Counted from the first letter of the stretch, positions 27,901 through 40,985 are shown. The stretch is DNA of 64,000 bases from Tubulanus polymorphus (GCF_964204645.1 NC_134025.1:27756299-27820298), one strand, 5' to 3'. Notes: generated by a model from the letters alone, not told the origin. Numbers and translations: made by a program.

Positions 27901-30900
27901 ATTCATTTGTGAAAGTTTTATTCACTTGCCCATCAGCAGACTGACTGCGAGTTCACATTTACACCTTTATTCCCGTTGTATTGATCACTCTTGCGCTAAT
28001 GAGTAATGAATTTCTGTCTTTTGTTTTTCCTGGTCATTTATCACGAACTACGTCAAGAGTCATTGAGTCTTGTTTGTAGCACCTCGGTTAGCTACATCTC
28101 ACTCTGCATTATTTGCTACTCTTGGCTGATTAATCGACTCTTTATGTGGAGTTTATTACCCACAAATCCGTCCATAGTTTGGCACGGTCATAAACTGGTG
28201 ACAGAATGGTTCTAATCTCTTACTTTACCAGGGTCGATTTAAGCCCCCATCTTAACTTGTTCTCTACTGATAATCAGACTCTTCCTGTGAGACTGTAAAA
28301 CATTATTTTATCTGTCCTCGAAGAGAAATAGTCGTCATATCATAAGATATACGTTGACCGTTTGAAGTATAACATTATATCGAAAAGCGTGAAATCCCCT
28401 TAGCTACGTTTCGGGGATTTGTCCTCGAATTGCTAGACAGATAGCCTTGGTGAAGCAATGTTTGTCTTGTGTAATTGTATGGATTCTTGGATTGGACTGA
28501 TATCACTGTTAATTAAGAAAGAAGTGACTAGTCCTAATCTCTAGGTTTATTGCTGGATTAAGAGTCTGATCAGCTTTTCTACCAGGTACAACACACACAC
28601 CTCAAACCTTTTAATGGCAAAGTGATAGGTGCACAGTGATCAATCTCCCTTAGTACATGTTTATCTATGTTTCAGACGTACAATAGTAATGTTACATATC
28701 TTCAGAAATGTATAAAACTGTATCTGATGATTAAAATGTTTTCATTATTTCAGTCTTTGGATGGATTTGCGTTTGCTTTATCAAACGACGGTCGATTTCT
28801 CTACATATCGGAAACGGTTTCCATCTACCTTGGACTTTCTCAGGTAAAGTGTTTCTACTTCCAGATTTTGTAGACAAATCTGTTTAATTTCCACAAAAAA
28901 AAACAATATTAAAACTCGATGAAAGACTCTGTCCGCGTTGAAACGATGATACAGAATCAAATCTCACAGTCCGAAAAGCTTCAATGAACTGATAATTCTT
29001 TTGACGTTTCGAATATACGTATAAATTGAAACGTTATCAGGCTATAGTCGAAACGTCGAATAAGATATTAATTCAAACGTCATCGAAGATAACCAGGTGG
29101 GATCTAGGGTCTGATTCAGGGAGGGTTGTACGCCCAAAATAGGACGTATCATATAATTAAAAGGGCACCCTGAAAAAAATTTCATTTTTGGAAATACACA
29201 GAACAAACTTATGAATTCAAACATTTTAGTCAGGCAACTTCACATTTTTAGGGGGTGTGCACTCCCTACACCCTGCCTGTGGATCCATCCCCGATGACTA
29301 TGAGGATAAACTGGAAACGTCACATAAATTACTAGCTGAATGAAACTTTTCGGACTCGTTTTTCTTTTGTATTGTTGGATCTAATAAAACAATGTTTTTA
29401 TAAAGAGTTCAAATTCCACTACATGGTACATTGAATTAAGTTTGCGGTTATGATATTTGCTCTCGCGAATTAGACAGATGCGAATCCTTAACACGCACCA
29501 ATAAAGATGATATTTCATCTCGGTGACAAAAGGCCATCATTCTCTGCTCCATTATTTCTCGTTATATCGTAGTTATGTCTGAACGGCTGAAGTGTAGAAT
29601 TATGGAAATCTGATGGCTTTATCAATTATATCTGACACTGTAGCAATCATAAAACCGTGTAGTGTTAACATTGCCACTAAATTGCTGATATGTCAGATCC
29701 GAGATGAAATCATTCTTGGCCTTCAATTTAACGACAAGATCAGTAGTAATTCAAGATAATCCAGTGCAAACTAAAAGTTTCCATGTATACTACGAAGGTT
29801 CATAGTGCAATGAGGCGAATTGAATTGATATTTGGCACAAGATGTTTTATTTGATGAATTGATTTTATTCCATAATCAATCAAACAATCATGCACGATAT
29901 ACTTCGGTGTAACACAGACTTTGTCTCTGAACGCTAAAATGGGCTCAATACATCCAGATATGAGCAGGCATTCTCTGAGGAGAATGATTCGCAACTGTAA
30001 TCAAACAAATCCCATCAGTATGAAACGAATCAATTAGATTGTTATTGCTGTAGCGTTAAATGGCTATGATTGAACTATCTAGATAAGTGACAGACTAATT
30101 TTTACAGCCAAATTGCTTTAATTCAGACCATAAATATGTTGAAAGGCTTTTAGTCGATGACTTTGGACACATTTAGAAGTAAACATTTTCTGTTTCTGTA
30201 ACTGATTTCAGAACGAGTGATACTCTAGAAATATCATCCAAAGTCTGGTAAATCGGCTTCGGCATATTGAAGTATTTTATACTACCTTTTTTCATATTAG
30301 AAAAAGTCATTTTCTGCTATGTGATAATTCAATTGTTTTGTTCAAAAGTCAATTACTATAACTCGTAATTCGATTATTTAAATGAATTGTAGTTTATTGA
30401 TTATGCTGATATTCTCGAAAAGTGCGAAGTCTTGCTTTCAGGCATTATTAATCCTAAACAAGCTTAAAGACCTCGTGAATATCAATCAGAAATGAAATTA
30501 TAGCTTTCTAAGGTAGAAACACAGTTCCCTATAATTATAATTTAGCGGATGAGGTGCTGCTATTGTTTCCGCTGTCGATCAGCGGGTTACTCATCCAGAG
30601 GAAAGTCGACTGCCTTGAACAAATTGACCCATTCTATTTATTGTGAGAGTTTTTCCACGGGCAATCATTAGAAATCCGCGTGAATAACAGCTTTACAGTC
30701 CACAAGACGTTCTCGTTGCGACTTCGCCAGCGTGGATGGGGAGGTCATCCAGTGATACTGAGTAATTGCATTTGCACATTTAATTGAAATTAAGCAACAG
30801 AGTGACAGTTCGTTGCATGGATTATCAGTAAATCAGTTAGATATACTTGTCAGATCAAATAGAATGTAGCCTTTGTTAAAGCAAACTGTATTTCAAAGAG

Positions 30901-33651
30901 CAAGTTGTATTTCAAAGAGCATCATCTTATCTAGAAGGGTTTGGGAAGAGAAGACGAGAATGGTTGATGGAAATCATTTGAAGTATTTTCTTATCTTACA
31001 GGTGGAGATGGCTGGTAGTTGTGTTTTTGATTACGTACATCAGCAAGATCATCCCGAATTAGCTGAACAGTTAGGTTTGTGTCTTCCGCACAGTACATCG
31101 ATGCCATCACCAAGTTCTGGATCAGAAGCAGGCGCTGCGACTACGTCATCTGCTACGAAGACAGATAGCCCTTCAGTATCTGAAAGGGGTATATACATAA
31201 ATGCAATTTCCAATTTCAAACAGATTGAAATTTCTTAACTAAATCTTTAATCTTTTCTCTCGTTTCGTTCGCAGTTTCTGGATTGATGCAGCATAGTAAA
31301 ACGCGAGGAGTTGAACGGGCTTTCCATATACGAATGAAATCTACATTAACCAAACGAGGAGTTCATGTTAAAACATCGGGATATAGGGTAAAACATTGTC
31401 AACATCATGCGTCCTTCAACATCATCTGAATTCATTATTCGGTTTTATCATTCTAGAATTGAATTGTGTTTTTCAGGTAGTACATATAATTGGTCATATG
31501 CGTTCACAATTCTCATTTTCTCTGACACGCAAGCATCCGCCGCCTATATTAGGATTTGTAGCTGTAGCCCTCGCCCTACCACCACCAACAATAAATGAAC
31601 TTAAAATCGACAATGACATGTTTGTAATGAGGGTCAGTCCAGATTTCAAAGTTGTTTTCTGTGAACCAAGGTGAGTTGGTCCTATCACTGTTTTCTAAAC
31701 ATTTCCGTGGAAACCCAATCACAATGATGTTGTTTTGACCGCGGAGAGTCGTATCTATTTGTTAGAATTGCTGATCTGATGGACATGACTCCAGATGACC
31801 TCGTAAACAAAAATCTCTACAGTTTTATCCATGCCGAAGATTTAAACAAAATGAGGAAGGCCCATTCTGATTGTAAGTGCAGTTTGAAATATTTCGTCAT
31901 TTAATCTAAAGAATATCAATCAACGAACTATACTTTCATTTCAGTATTAACAAAAGGCCAGGTCCTGTCCGACTATTTTCGCATAATGAATGTGCATGGT
32001 GGACAGGTATGGTTACAAATGTGTGCTACAATCATCTTCAACAATAAGAACTCCGATGAAGAGAGTATTATCTGTATCATTTATGTTCTCAGGTAGGTTT
32101 CTGAAAAGTCATAAATGATTCATGCATATTCATGCATTATATTCATTATGATTAATGATCCTTTTCAGTGGGATTGAGTATGCGAACTGCGTAATGAGTA
32201 GTAGTCAACTAGCAGCGGTGAAAAACAAAAATTCTGACAACACAGATAATTCAGATAGTGAAGCAGCTGCTGAACAAAGTAATTAGAATAGTATAACATT
32301 TCAAATAAATCGAAGGTGAAATATATAGTCATATTCATATCCATGTATTAACTCCCGCATCTCTTATTCAGGTGAATGCCGAGCGAAGCAATTGGATCAC
32401 TCATGTAATAATCCATCATCAACTACAGGAACTAGTGAAAGAACATCAACTAGTCACCATAACCTCGATCATTCACATCTCAGTAAACATATGAACAATA
32501 ATGAACCGATTGGAAACTTGGAAACGTTTCGATATCCTCAAAATGGAGATGGCGACATGGACGTGGCGAGAGATTTCTTGTTGGATGATAGCACATCTGG
32601 TTGTTACGCCGATGACGATATCAGTGATAAACTGAAGGATATTAAAAACTCTCGAAGGAAAATGGGTCGACCTCGTAAAAGAAAACGTGACCCATCCCCT
32701 GATAATCATCCTCAGGTGACGGATATCGATGCTTCATCGCATACATCGTTATCACCTCTCCACAATCCAGTTACCCTCACCCCTTCTCAGTCGAATGTAC
32801 CTACTAGCCCCACCCCTAATCCCGGAACAGCTCCAGCTCAGACTTTACGATCGCCATTACCAGAGGATTTGTCGGTTAAGACTGTAAGTGCTGCGTTAGG
32901 ATCACCAGACCATCATAATCAGGATATACCACAAAGACCAGGCAGTGGTACTGTTTCAAATGTACGCGATCTGGAGGAAGCAATGAGTAAACATCTACCC
33001 CAAAATGATGAGCCAAACTATTTAGGTAATAATTACACATCAGGTCAATTTGCTAAACAAAGATCTACCATACAATGGATCGGCTCACAGCAACAAACTA
33101 ACAATGATACATTACCCGCATCAACACTGTTGCGCCATCTTTACGCGAATAGGGAATCTGTGATTCGTACTAACGTTTACAACCAGTCCCGTCCTCAGTA
33201 TTACGGTGATATTCAGAGTACTGTTTTGGGAACTAACGCGGACAGTTCGCAATTTAGCGTGTCGCAGTTAACTAGCGGTACTTCAAAAAGCCAGTCGCCT
33301 AATGTCTATCACAATAGCGCATATACGAGTTCAATAGCTGATGCTTATGGTATGGTTACACCAGTAGCTGATAAATACACAGCATTTTCTGAAAGTAGTT
33401 ACACAGATAGTAACTCTAATCAACTGAAGTTGTATAATAACGATGGAGTGACTCAAACGATGCCGATACGACCTCAAGTTTACCCATTATCAACCCCTTC
33501 GCATGCTCATACAGCATACGATCGCGGTGCGGCCAGTCAATTTGCTAAGAGCTCTTATTATCATAGTTCAAGCAATCCTTATTCCGCCTTTACTCATCCC
33601 AGTTCAGGATTGACCGAGGATCATTATCGACAAGCCAAGTCAGCGTGGTGA
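18945..33651 (+). CDS. trh: bHLH-PAS transcription factor trachealess / NPAS1/3 orthologue, about 869 aa, 11 coding exons
   Basis: Exons in consistent phase with GT-AG ends: 18945-19006, 23263-23501, 24197-24276, 28754-28843, 31002-31188, 31275-31387, 31477-31670, 31766-31872, 31945-32092, 32169-32278, 32372-33651 (2610 nt). b[62 protein letters not shown]; [37 protein letters not shown]; [10 protein letters not shown]; PAS-B/PAC; Trh-type C-terminal blocks [33 protein letters not shown]. The choice of first exon is less certain than the rest. Confidence 0.93.
29094..29293 (-). mobile_element. Non-autonomous TIR element (MITE-like), same family as 49091-49325 in the opposite orientation
   Basis: Its reverse complement shares CCCTCCCTGAATCAGACCCTAGATCC and CCCCTAAAAATGTRAAGTTG blocks with 49091-49325; degenerate CAGG..GGATC termini. 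Confidence 0.7.
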
Positions 33652-34703
33652 TACGTTATCGGAAGTCTGAACGATATTATGTTCTGAGTTATAATTTGAG
33701 TTTCTTCTCAGAATTTGTATTATTGCTGGGATAGTCAAGAATGCAAATTATGTAACAGATTTTATGATTCGTTTTAAACAACTTGGAATTTACGATTCAA
33801 TCATCCGGCAATTGTATTCCAATTAGCTTGAAGCAGAAATATATATATATCATGATATATTATGTGCTCTGACTAATTATGTGCTATTTTCTGTTAATAT
33901 GTTTTCCAAAGAAAAATTAATTGGAAGTAAATAAGACTTTACCATTAGATGAAATATTAGAGCCAAATTATGTGATAATTCTGAGTGTCTGGTCAACGAC
34001 CAATCACACATAAAACTGACAATGGGGTAAAACTGACTGTAGCTCAAAAATATTTACTGGAGGGTTTTTTGAGGAAACGAAGAGACTGTTGCATAAAAAA
34101 TACCTCATTTTATACGTGCCATAATAACTAGCATATTCATATTGTCAAAAACATATATCTAATGTCAAGTGTTTGTAGCACATTGTTGTAATGTTTCCTT
34201 CTTTTTTACATCTTTCATCCTCTACTCATCGGACTTCAGTTTAATTGGTGATGATTGTTTACTGAAATGTTATAGTTGTTGTAAAACATTTAGCCGATTA
34301 CGCTGACTTTTATGTACGGATATAATTTCCATGTTTAGAAAAAACATGGTTGCATTTTCATTTCTACTGTATAAAATACACATGTACACAGTCATTTAAT
34401 GATATTTTGCTTTGAAAGCTTATTTTATATTCGAGTAAGTAGCAGAATTTGTATAGCCGTACAAGTACAAACAGAAGAATCTCATAATGTGCCATAGTGA
34501 TTTTAGATTGCCAAAACGGTCTCACTTCACAAGTGAAGCTGTACATGTGGATTCAGAAGGCAATGTATAATTTAAACGCAGTGCAAAAATAATTTTTACC
34601 AAAAAAAAGAACCTTAATTTATTGTTGTGTTCATCTTGTTATTGTGAATTAAGAATTGTTTACACTACATAATTCATTAAGTCATATGTATAATATTATC
34701 ATA

Positions 34704-34709
34704 AATAAA
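34704..34709 (+). terminator. Probable polyadenylation signal of the trh/NPAS gene
   Basis: AATAAA at the end of an AT-rich stretch about 1.05 kb after the stop codon, followed by a T/C-rich tract. Confidence 0.4.
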
Positions 34710-35384
34710 TGTCTACATCGAAACACAACAACTCTTACTTTTCTTACTCCGTTAAATAACTAGTTGTTGCAGGGTGTCTGGAATCCGCCTCCATATTCTG
34801 TCTCCTTTAACACTGCTATTCCAGATCATCAGTAATAACTCCTACGTCACTGGTAGAATGCAGGAAAATGCATCCGGAGGCTTCTATTTTCAGACCCCCT
34901 AAAAAATTGGACAGTTGCTACATGTAAACAGATTTACATTTACCCTCAATGTCTAATCCTGGATCCAATCCTGATGAGATCCATTACCATGGAAATCGCT
35001 TCTGGTAGCTGATCTAAATCAGGGAGGTGGACCTCCCTGTCTAAATCAAACAAAACTTAATCCTTGATCTTCATGTTACATTACTTTGTTCCTCATATCC
35101 TTACAAAATGATGAAAATAAAACTTCATATATATAATTTGGTTTTTTAATGCACATTCACTTAAGAAAACAGCATATCATACTGTTTACATTACGCAAGT
35201 CCATCTCGGTTAATCCACATCACTCGGGTCGGGACCATGCACTACACCGGTCTATCTTATACATCATTATATTTTCAAATAATCTTACATTAACAAACAG
35301 TAGATATGGATTATTGGAAAACGTGTAACTGATTAACCAAGGTTGATCGAAACTACAATTCTTTACAAAATTCTATTCGATACT

Positions 35385-36401
35385 TTATTGAGTAATTTGA
35401 GATCTAGATGAATTGCGGTCGACGGGTAGAGGGGGTCGATGATCTTCTATTTGGTATAAACGTTTAAGGGCGTCTTTAGCCGCCTCTTCTTCGGCGATTA
35501 AAACAGTTTCTCCCGGGGATCGACCGATCAGCTTCCGATCGGAATAAATCCCGACGTGATATACGGCGAGAACCGTATTACAACCCGACTGCCACAGAAG
35601 TCGAGGTTCCGGAAGACCGCGTCCTTGTTGTTCTAATATTTCGCTTAATTCACCCATAGCGTTTTTAAAATCGACGATTGTACCGATGTCTTTGCCGATC
35701 AGTTCGGGAATAACGAAATCTTTCAAAACTAATTCTAACTCATTTGAACCCGATTCGACGAGAATCGCGCCGAGAAACGCTTTAAACGTATTCGATAAAG
35801 TGATCATTTCCGGTGAACTTTCTCCGCTTAGGATTAAATCCGTCATTCCGAGATTCTTGCCTATATGAGCGAGAGACTCGTCGGCCCAAAGTACGTCGTG
35901 TATTTTGGCGATATATTCTTCCTTCAGCGAAGGGTAGATACTGCTCAGAAGCATCTTCACGCGATCGCTTCCATTCTTTTCCCCTTCGACGATCAACAAT
36001 TCGTTACTTTCGAGTTCTAAATCCGAGTCGTCTACACCCAACTCTTTTCTCTTATTCGACTCTTTCTCGACGTACGACTTGTTGACGAATAAACGCTTCA
36101 GGATTTTGTCGCTTAGGTCGACACCTAATCGTTTTCCGAACGCGAAAACTTCGGCGTCGTAATTCCAATTCGCGAATTCGGATCTGTGTCGCCACGGTTC
36201 AGGTCCCACTTCTAGTCGTCGTTTGTATAATTCCTTCACTAATTTTGATTCGTGGTGTTTGTAACCGCGAGCGTGAACTACACAAACAGGATTCAAACCG
36301 ACGACTGACTTTCTGACGAGGGTTTGTCTCAATGAAGAAATGAACGGTCCTCCTCCTCCTCTTCGGATGAGAGGCGAAACCATCGTGATTATTTTTGACA
36401 T
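35385..36401 (-). CDS. MRPL44: Mitochondrial large ribosomal subunit protein mL44 (RNase III-like plus dsRBD fold), 338 aa, single coding exon
   Basis: Open 1017-nt ORF with a basic N-terminal targeting-like sequence. Motifs RSEFANWNYDAEVFAFGKRLG and PEPRLLWQSGCNTVLAVYHVGIYSDRKLIGRSPGETVLIAEEEAAKDALKRLY are typical of mL44. Confidence 0.93.
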   Translation of the reverse strand: MSKIITMVSPLIRRGGGGPFISSLRQTLVRKSVVGLNPVCVVHARGYKHHESKLVKELYKRRLEVGPEPWRHRSEFANWNYDAEVFAFGKRLGVDLSDKILKRLFVNKSYVEKESNKRKELGVDDSDLELESNELLIVEGEKNGSDRVKMLLSSIYPSLKEEYIAKIHDVLWADESLAHIGKNLGMTDLILSGESSPEMITLSNTFKAFLGAILVESGSNELELVLKDFVIPELIGKDIGTIVDFKNAMGELSEILEQQGRGLPEPRLLWQSGCNTVLAVYHVGIYSDRKLIGRSPGETVLIAEEEAAKDALKRLYQIEDHRPPLPVDRNSSRSQITQ

Positions 36402-36587
36402 CTAGAAACAGAGGATAAAATCTTAATTGAATTTAGCAAGATATTGTTTGGTACCCTCTGCCTGGCTTGTGACTGTGGACTGTGGTCACTGTGGTGTGGA
36501 GCACGTATAAATCAATCAATTAATAGATCAATATATCTATATATCACAGAGTTTTCAATATTAGAAATGAATCCACACAGTATTTAC
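36402..36587 (-). other. 5'-UTR intron of MRPL44 ending directly at the start codon
   Basis: Minus-strand donor AAG|GTAAAT at 36588/36587; acceptor TCCTCTGTTTCTAG|ATG at 36402/36401; ETS-type CCGGAAGTG at 36681-36689 upstream. Confidence 0.6.
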
Positions 36588-36929
36588 CTTTTTGCGAGTG
36601 AACTTCAAACAATTTGAATTAAAACATAGCCATAAAATAGGGCCCTAATGGATTTCTTGATAATAATTAATAATTTCATGCACTTCCGGGTGTATTTCAA
36701 ACCGAAGCGCCGTCTATTTCTTATTTGGACTACTGGAGCGGACGTAAATGAAACTACCGCGTGGTAGTTGTTTAAATGTCGTGCCCGGCGTTTCAGCCTA
36801 CCACCTAAAATCTTAATTGAATTTAGCAAGATATTGTTTGGTACCCTCTGCCTGGCTTGTGACTGTGGTCACTGTGGTGTGGAGCACGTATAAATCAATC
36901 AATTAAAATGATCTATATATCACAGAGTT
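36416..36929. repeat. Dispersed direct repeat, two copies of about 125-138 bp (36416-36553 and 36806-36929)
   Basis: Both copies read TAAAATCTTAATTGAATTTAGCAAGATATTGTTTGGTACCCTCTGCCTGGCTTGTGACTGTGG...GGAGCACGTATAAATCAATCAATTAA...ATATCACAGAGTT; copy 1 has an extra GACTGTG. Confidence 0.95.
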
Positions 36930-37233
36930 CTCCTAAATTGCGTGCATAAGCCCTATACCATTCCTACCCAAAATCTTTTCGCTGGGTTTCAAGTAAGTAA
37001 TTCTGGATAAGTTCTAGAACTTCCGAGACGTGTTACTTTTACAAATACAATTTGAGCATTTTCTGGTAAAATTGCATGCATCGGATATGACCTCGCACCA
37101 AGGAAGCGGCAAACTTCTGGTTGCGCGTAAGTCACGTGCCTGAGCGCGAAGAGTTCTGCATCGCACCTGCACTCTCTCGTTTTGTTTTGCCTGAGTTAGC
37201 TGTACGGTACACCGAACTTCCGACTACCTCAAG

Positions 37234-40099
37234 ATGCCTCCTCCCCCAAAGGTAAGATGTTCATCATTCGTATTTACGAGTGCAAAGTACTTTTTTCAAA
37301 ACTAATCACCATCTTATTTCAAAACTAATCAAAATTTCTTTCGCAAGACTTGAAACAACTTTCGACTCCTAGTTGTGTTACGAAAAATTGGCCGTACTAA
37401 TGATTTCAAAATTCGTATTTTGTATTATGCCTGTGAACCTAAACTGAATATTTTTAGATAGCGTGATTCATTTTATTTGGCGTTCAAAGTTCATGAATGT
37501 GTAAGCATTTAATTTTAGAAATTCTAAGCGCAAAAAATATCCTCTCTTCAGCTCTCATCGCGAACGATGTTGAATAACACGAATGACAGGTGCAGAAGTA
37601 TCCGTTCTATCATATCAAATGAATGAAGGATTGAGTTATCTGAGGAAGAATTTAGACTGTTCCGATATTAATGCCTCGCGGTTAGCACCGGCCTTCATTT
37701 TAATAGAAAATGTACAGAATACAAATAACTATATATTTCATAATTCTAAAAAAGCTTTCAACTGAAGCAAAAACCAAACTGAACGCAGTGACGAGAATAC
37801 ACATATGCCTGCTTCTTGAAAAGCAACGCTTTTTGGTACCAGGATGCCAGTCAGTACAGGGCGCCATATAAACTATAAATAGTCAGCATTTGTAGGAAGA
37901 GAAAAACACCTAAGAGTTTCCGTTAAACTACTGAACGAATGAACGAGAAACTTTCTTACTTTCCCTAATTATATCGAGAATGTAACGGGACGAAACACTA
38001 CGTTAGATATGTCAGAGGTTATCCTCCTATAAGAGTATCTCTCGTTGGAACCGCTGGAAAATTTGGTATTACTCGGATCGCTTTTGCATTCGTTCTATCC
38101 CTAGATAAACATTAACCACGAATTAATATTAATATTTGTAATCATTGCAATAATCAAGCAAAACCGTTCTCTGCTGAAATGATTGCCACCAAGCTAAACA
38201 GACGCAGCTGTATTCCGTTAACTACTCGTCGGTTCTTGCCGCATGCTGGGTGAAAGTTTTCTTAACTTCATTACGTGTGGTAGCCTGTTTAGATGTTATT
38301 GTTATATCATATTGGATTTATAAAAAAAGAATGTTATCTTACATAAAATAATCACGAAGAATACACACGGTCGTTACTTGGTGAAGTTCGGTTTTCCGAG
38401 TTTGGTGTTTGCTAACCTGAGTGGTGGCGGCTGGGGAAGGGTCTTTATTCAGCACGTAGGAACTACGTGTTTCCTCAATGTTACTTAGTCCCCATTTGAA
38501 TATCTAAATATATGATATACACAAAATCTAGCCCAGCCTTTTCGAACGGAGATATTTAGAATTTCGAGAATGTAAGAAAACGGTAGATCTTAACCGCAAT
38601 TTGAATAAAGATGTTCAGGGAACAGTGGGAAGGCGAGATATTTATATCCTCGGATTTAGATATATCGGAGAATTTCTCGAGATTATTTACGGTATAGATC
38701 AACAACTGTCGATATACGCCACCGCACTTACTACCTATAGCTTTACCAGTGATAGTTTGATAAACTTCTCCAGTTGCGATGAATCACAGCAATGCAGAAA
38801 ACTGCACACAGTTCCCAATCAAGAATTCTTTACCTTAATAAGATTCTGTTGGGGTTTAAGATATATATCCTTTAATTGTAATCATATATAAAAAGCAATT
38901 AATTGAGACTAGTGGCAGACCCAAAATATGATGATTTAACAGGTAGAATCTGTTAATCTGACGTTCTGAAAAGATTAATTCTATTCATCTTCGGAGATTC
39001 ATAATTTCATGTAAAAAATTTTGAATAAAACTACGATGATAGATAAAAGTTATCAATCCAAAACGTCAGTTAAACAGATTTGTGGGTCTTCTATTTAAGT
39101 AATTTATCAACTATTCTGAAACTTCTCTTTTGCAGAGAGACCCTGAAGCTGAAAAGCAAGCTATGGAGTGGATCGAAGCAATTTTGGGGAAAAAGTTCGA
39201 TGGACCTTTCGATGATGTTTTGAAGAATGGGGTGGTTCTTTGTCAGTTAGTATATATTATCATTATCTATACATCTATCGATGGTTTGAACTATCAATCA
39301 TAAATACATGCTGAAATTAACCTCAAAACGCTAGAGACTTCGCATGATAAAAATAAATCATTTATTAGTTTCTCTTACGTCGATGAATAGTGTTTACGTA
39401 GATACGAACACGAATAACCTCTCCTAGCTTTACATACAAAACATCACTCCTATGAACAGAGTTTATCTTGTAAAACATCGCTGCGCAAAACTTGCCTTCA
39501 TCTTCAGCAAGTAGACCCCTTCAATACCAGTTATATAAAAAAACCATGATAAGGGTATACTCGATATTACGGAAGCATATACAGATAATTCACTTTCTCA
39601 AATTGACCGATATTTTCTTTTTAGATTAATTAATAAACTTGCTCCTGGAAGTGTGAAGAAAATTGCTGAAAAGGGAATGGATTTCAAACTGATGGAGAAC
39701 ATATCAGCCTTCCAAGCTGCCGTGAAAAAATACGGTGTCGAAGACGAGACGTTTCAAACTGTAGATCTGTGGCAAAAGAAAAATATTTCAGCCGTGACGA
39801 AATGTATCTTTGCCCTCGGAAGAGTGGTAAGTCAAAAAGCCACGAAGACCCCACTAAACGTCCATCGCTATAACCAACGTCTAGATTTACAGAAAGTTGG
39901 CTTTTCTCTTTAGGCCCAGAAGCATCCTGAATTCAACGGCCCGATACTTGGTCCAAAAGAATCTGACGCAAATAAACGGGAATTCACCGAAGAACAATTG
40001 AGAGCTGGTGAGGGACATGTCGGTCTGCAGGCAGGCTTTGCGGGAGGTGCGAGTCAAGCGGGACAAAGTTTCGGTAAACAGCGAATGATCCAGGACTGA
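37234..40099 (+). CDS. Calponin/transgelin-family protein (myophilin / muscle-specific protein 20-like), 171 aa
   Basis: Exons 37234-37251, 39136-39245, 39625-39826, 39914-40099 (516 nt). CH domain (EWIEAIL..LKNGVVLCQLINKLAPGSV..MENISAF..FQTVDLWQKKNISAVTKCIFALGR) and a calponin repeat (GPKESDANKREFTEEQLRAGEGHVGLQAGFAGGASQAG). AATAAA at 40278. Confidence 0.92.
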
Positions 40100-40373
40100 A
40101 GTTCGTGATGAAAATAATCTCTGTTTCGATTTCTGATTCATACAAATACTTTCGTAGTAGGCATTAACGGTTAATAGTTGAAAAGTTTCAATTTTTCATA
40201 AATATTTCACTCTCTTCCACCTTGTTCATTTATCGCGTCTTCATTTTTACCCTCGACACTTATTCGGTTAAATTACAAATAAACTAAAAGTAATGTAAAA
40301 ATCGTGAATTATATTCATGCTTACTTGTTTTTTTTTTTGGATTTTTCTTCGTCATCGACATCGTAAGTGAATT

Positions 40374-40745
40374 CAGGGGTAGATCCAGCCACCACTCTTA
40401 AGGGTGATACAACTTATAAAAAGGGACATAATCCACGACAAACGAGGGGTCTCTGAAATTTTGAAAATTAACTGCTTTGTGGTTTAATTTCCAAACAATT
40501 CCTGATGCAAAGTGCTTTCTATAAAATTTGAACTGCGTTGATATTTAGTTTCCAGGCAATAAAAATGAAAGAACATGTGTCTTTCTGTTTAAAATAATCT
40601 GCCTCGTCTTGTAAAAATGTGCCCTTTTCTACTTATGGGATTGATAGGAACGACTAAATGTAAGCACTTTTATTTTGGGGATGAAAAATGTTAAAAAGTG
40701 CACGGAATTATCGTGACGGTGGTGCTACGTCTGAATCCGCGCCTG
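40374..40745. mobile_element. Degenerate non-autonomous TIR element
   Basis: Ends CAGGGGTAGATCCAG ... CTGAATCCGCGCCTG are imperfect inverted repeats of the CAGGGGCGGATCCA type; no clear target-site duplication. Confidence 0.5.
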
Positions 40746-40985
40746 ATATTACTTCTTTTGCTATGATCTTGCGCTGGTTTAACCCTTTATTTTTACGAAC
40801 AATAACTATCAAATGCCTACTGTGAATGAATTCAATTGAGGTCATCTAACAAAAATACGAAAAAACTGGATTCTCCTGACAACGACTTGAAATTTTCAAT
40901 AAAGGTTTACATTACTACATAACATATACGTCTAGTAAAAACTAAGAGATAGATTATCATATATATAAATCTATACTGCAAAACA

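Noticed and set aside
28392-28420. AAATCCCC..GGGGATTT stem-loop
   Set aside because: An 8-bp stem is expected by chance in 64 kb.
30887-30921. Tandem duplication TGTATTTCAAAGAGCA x2
   Set aside because: Two-copy local slippage in an intron; not an array.
35686-36085. + strand ORFs overlapping MRPL44
   Set aside because: Antisense shadows of the real CDS.
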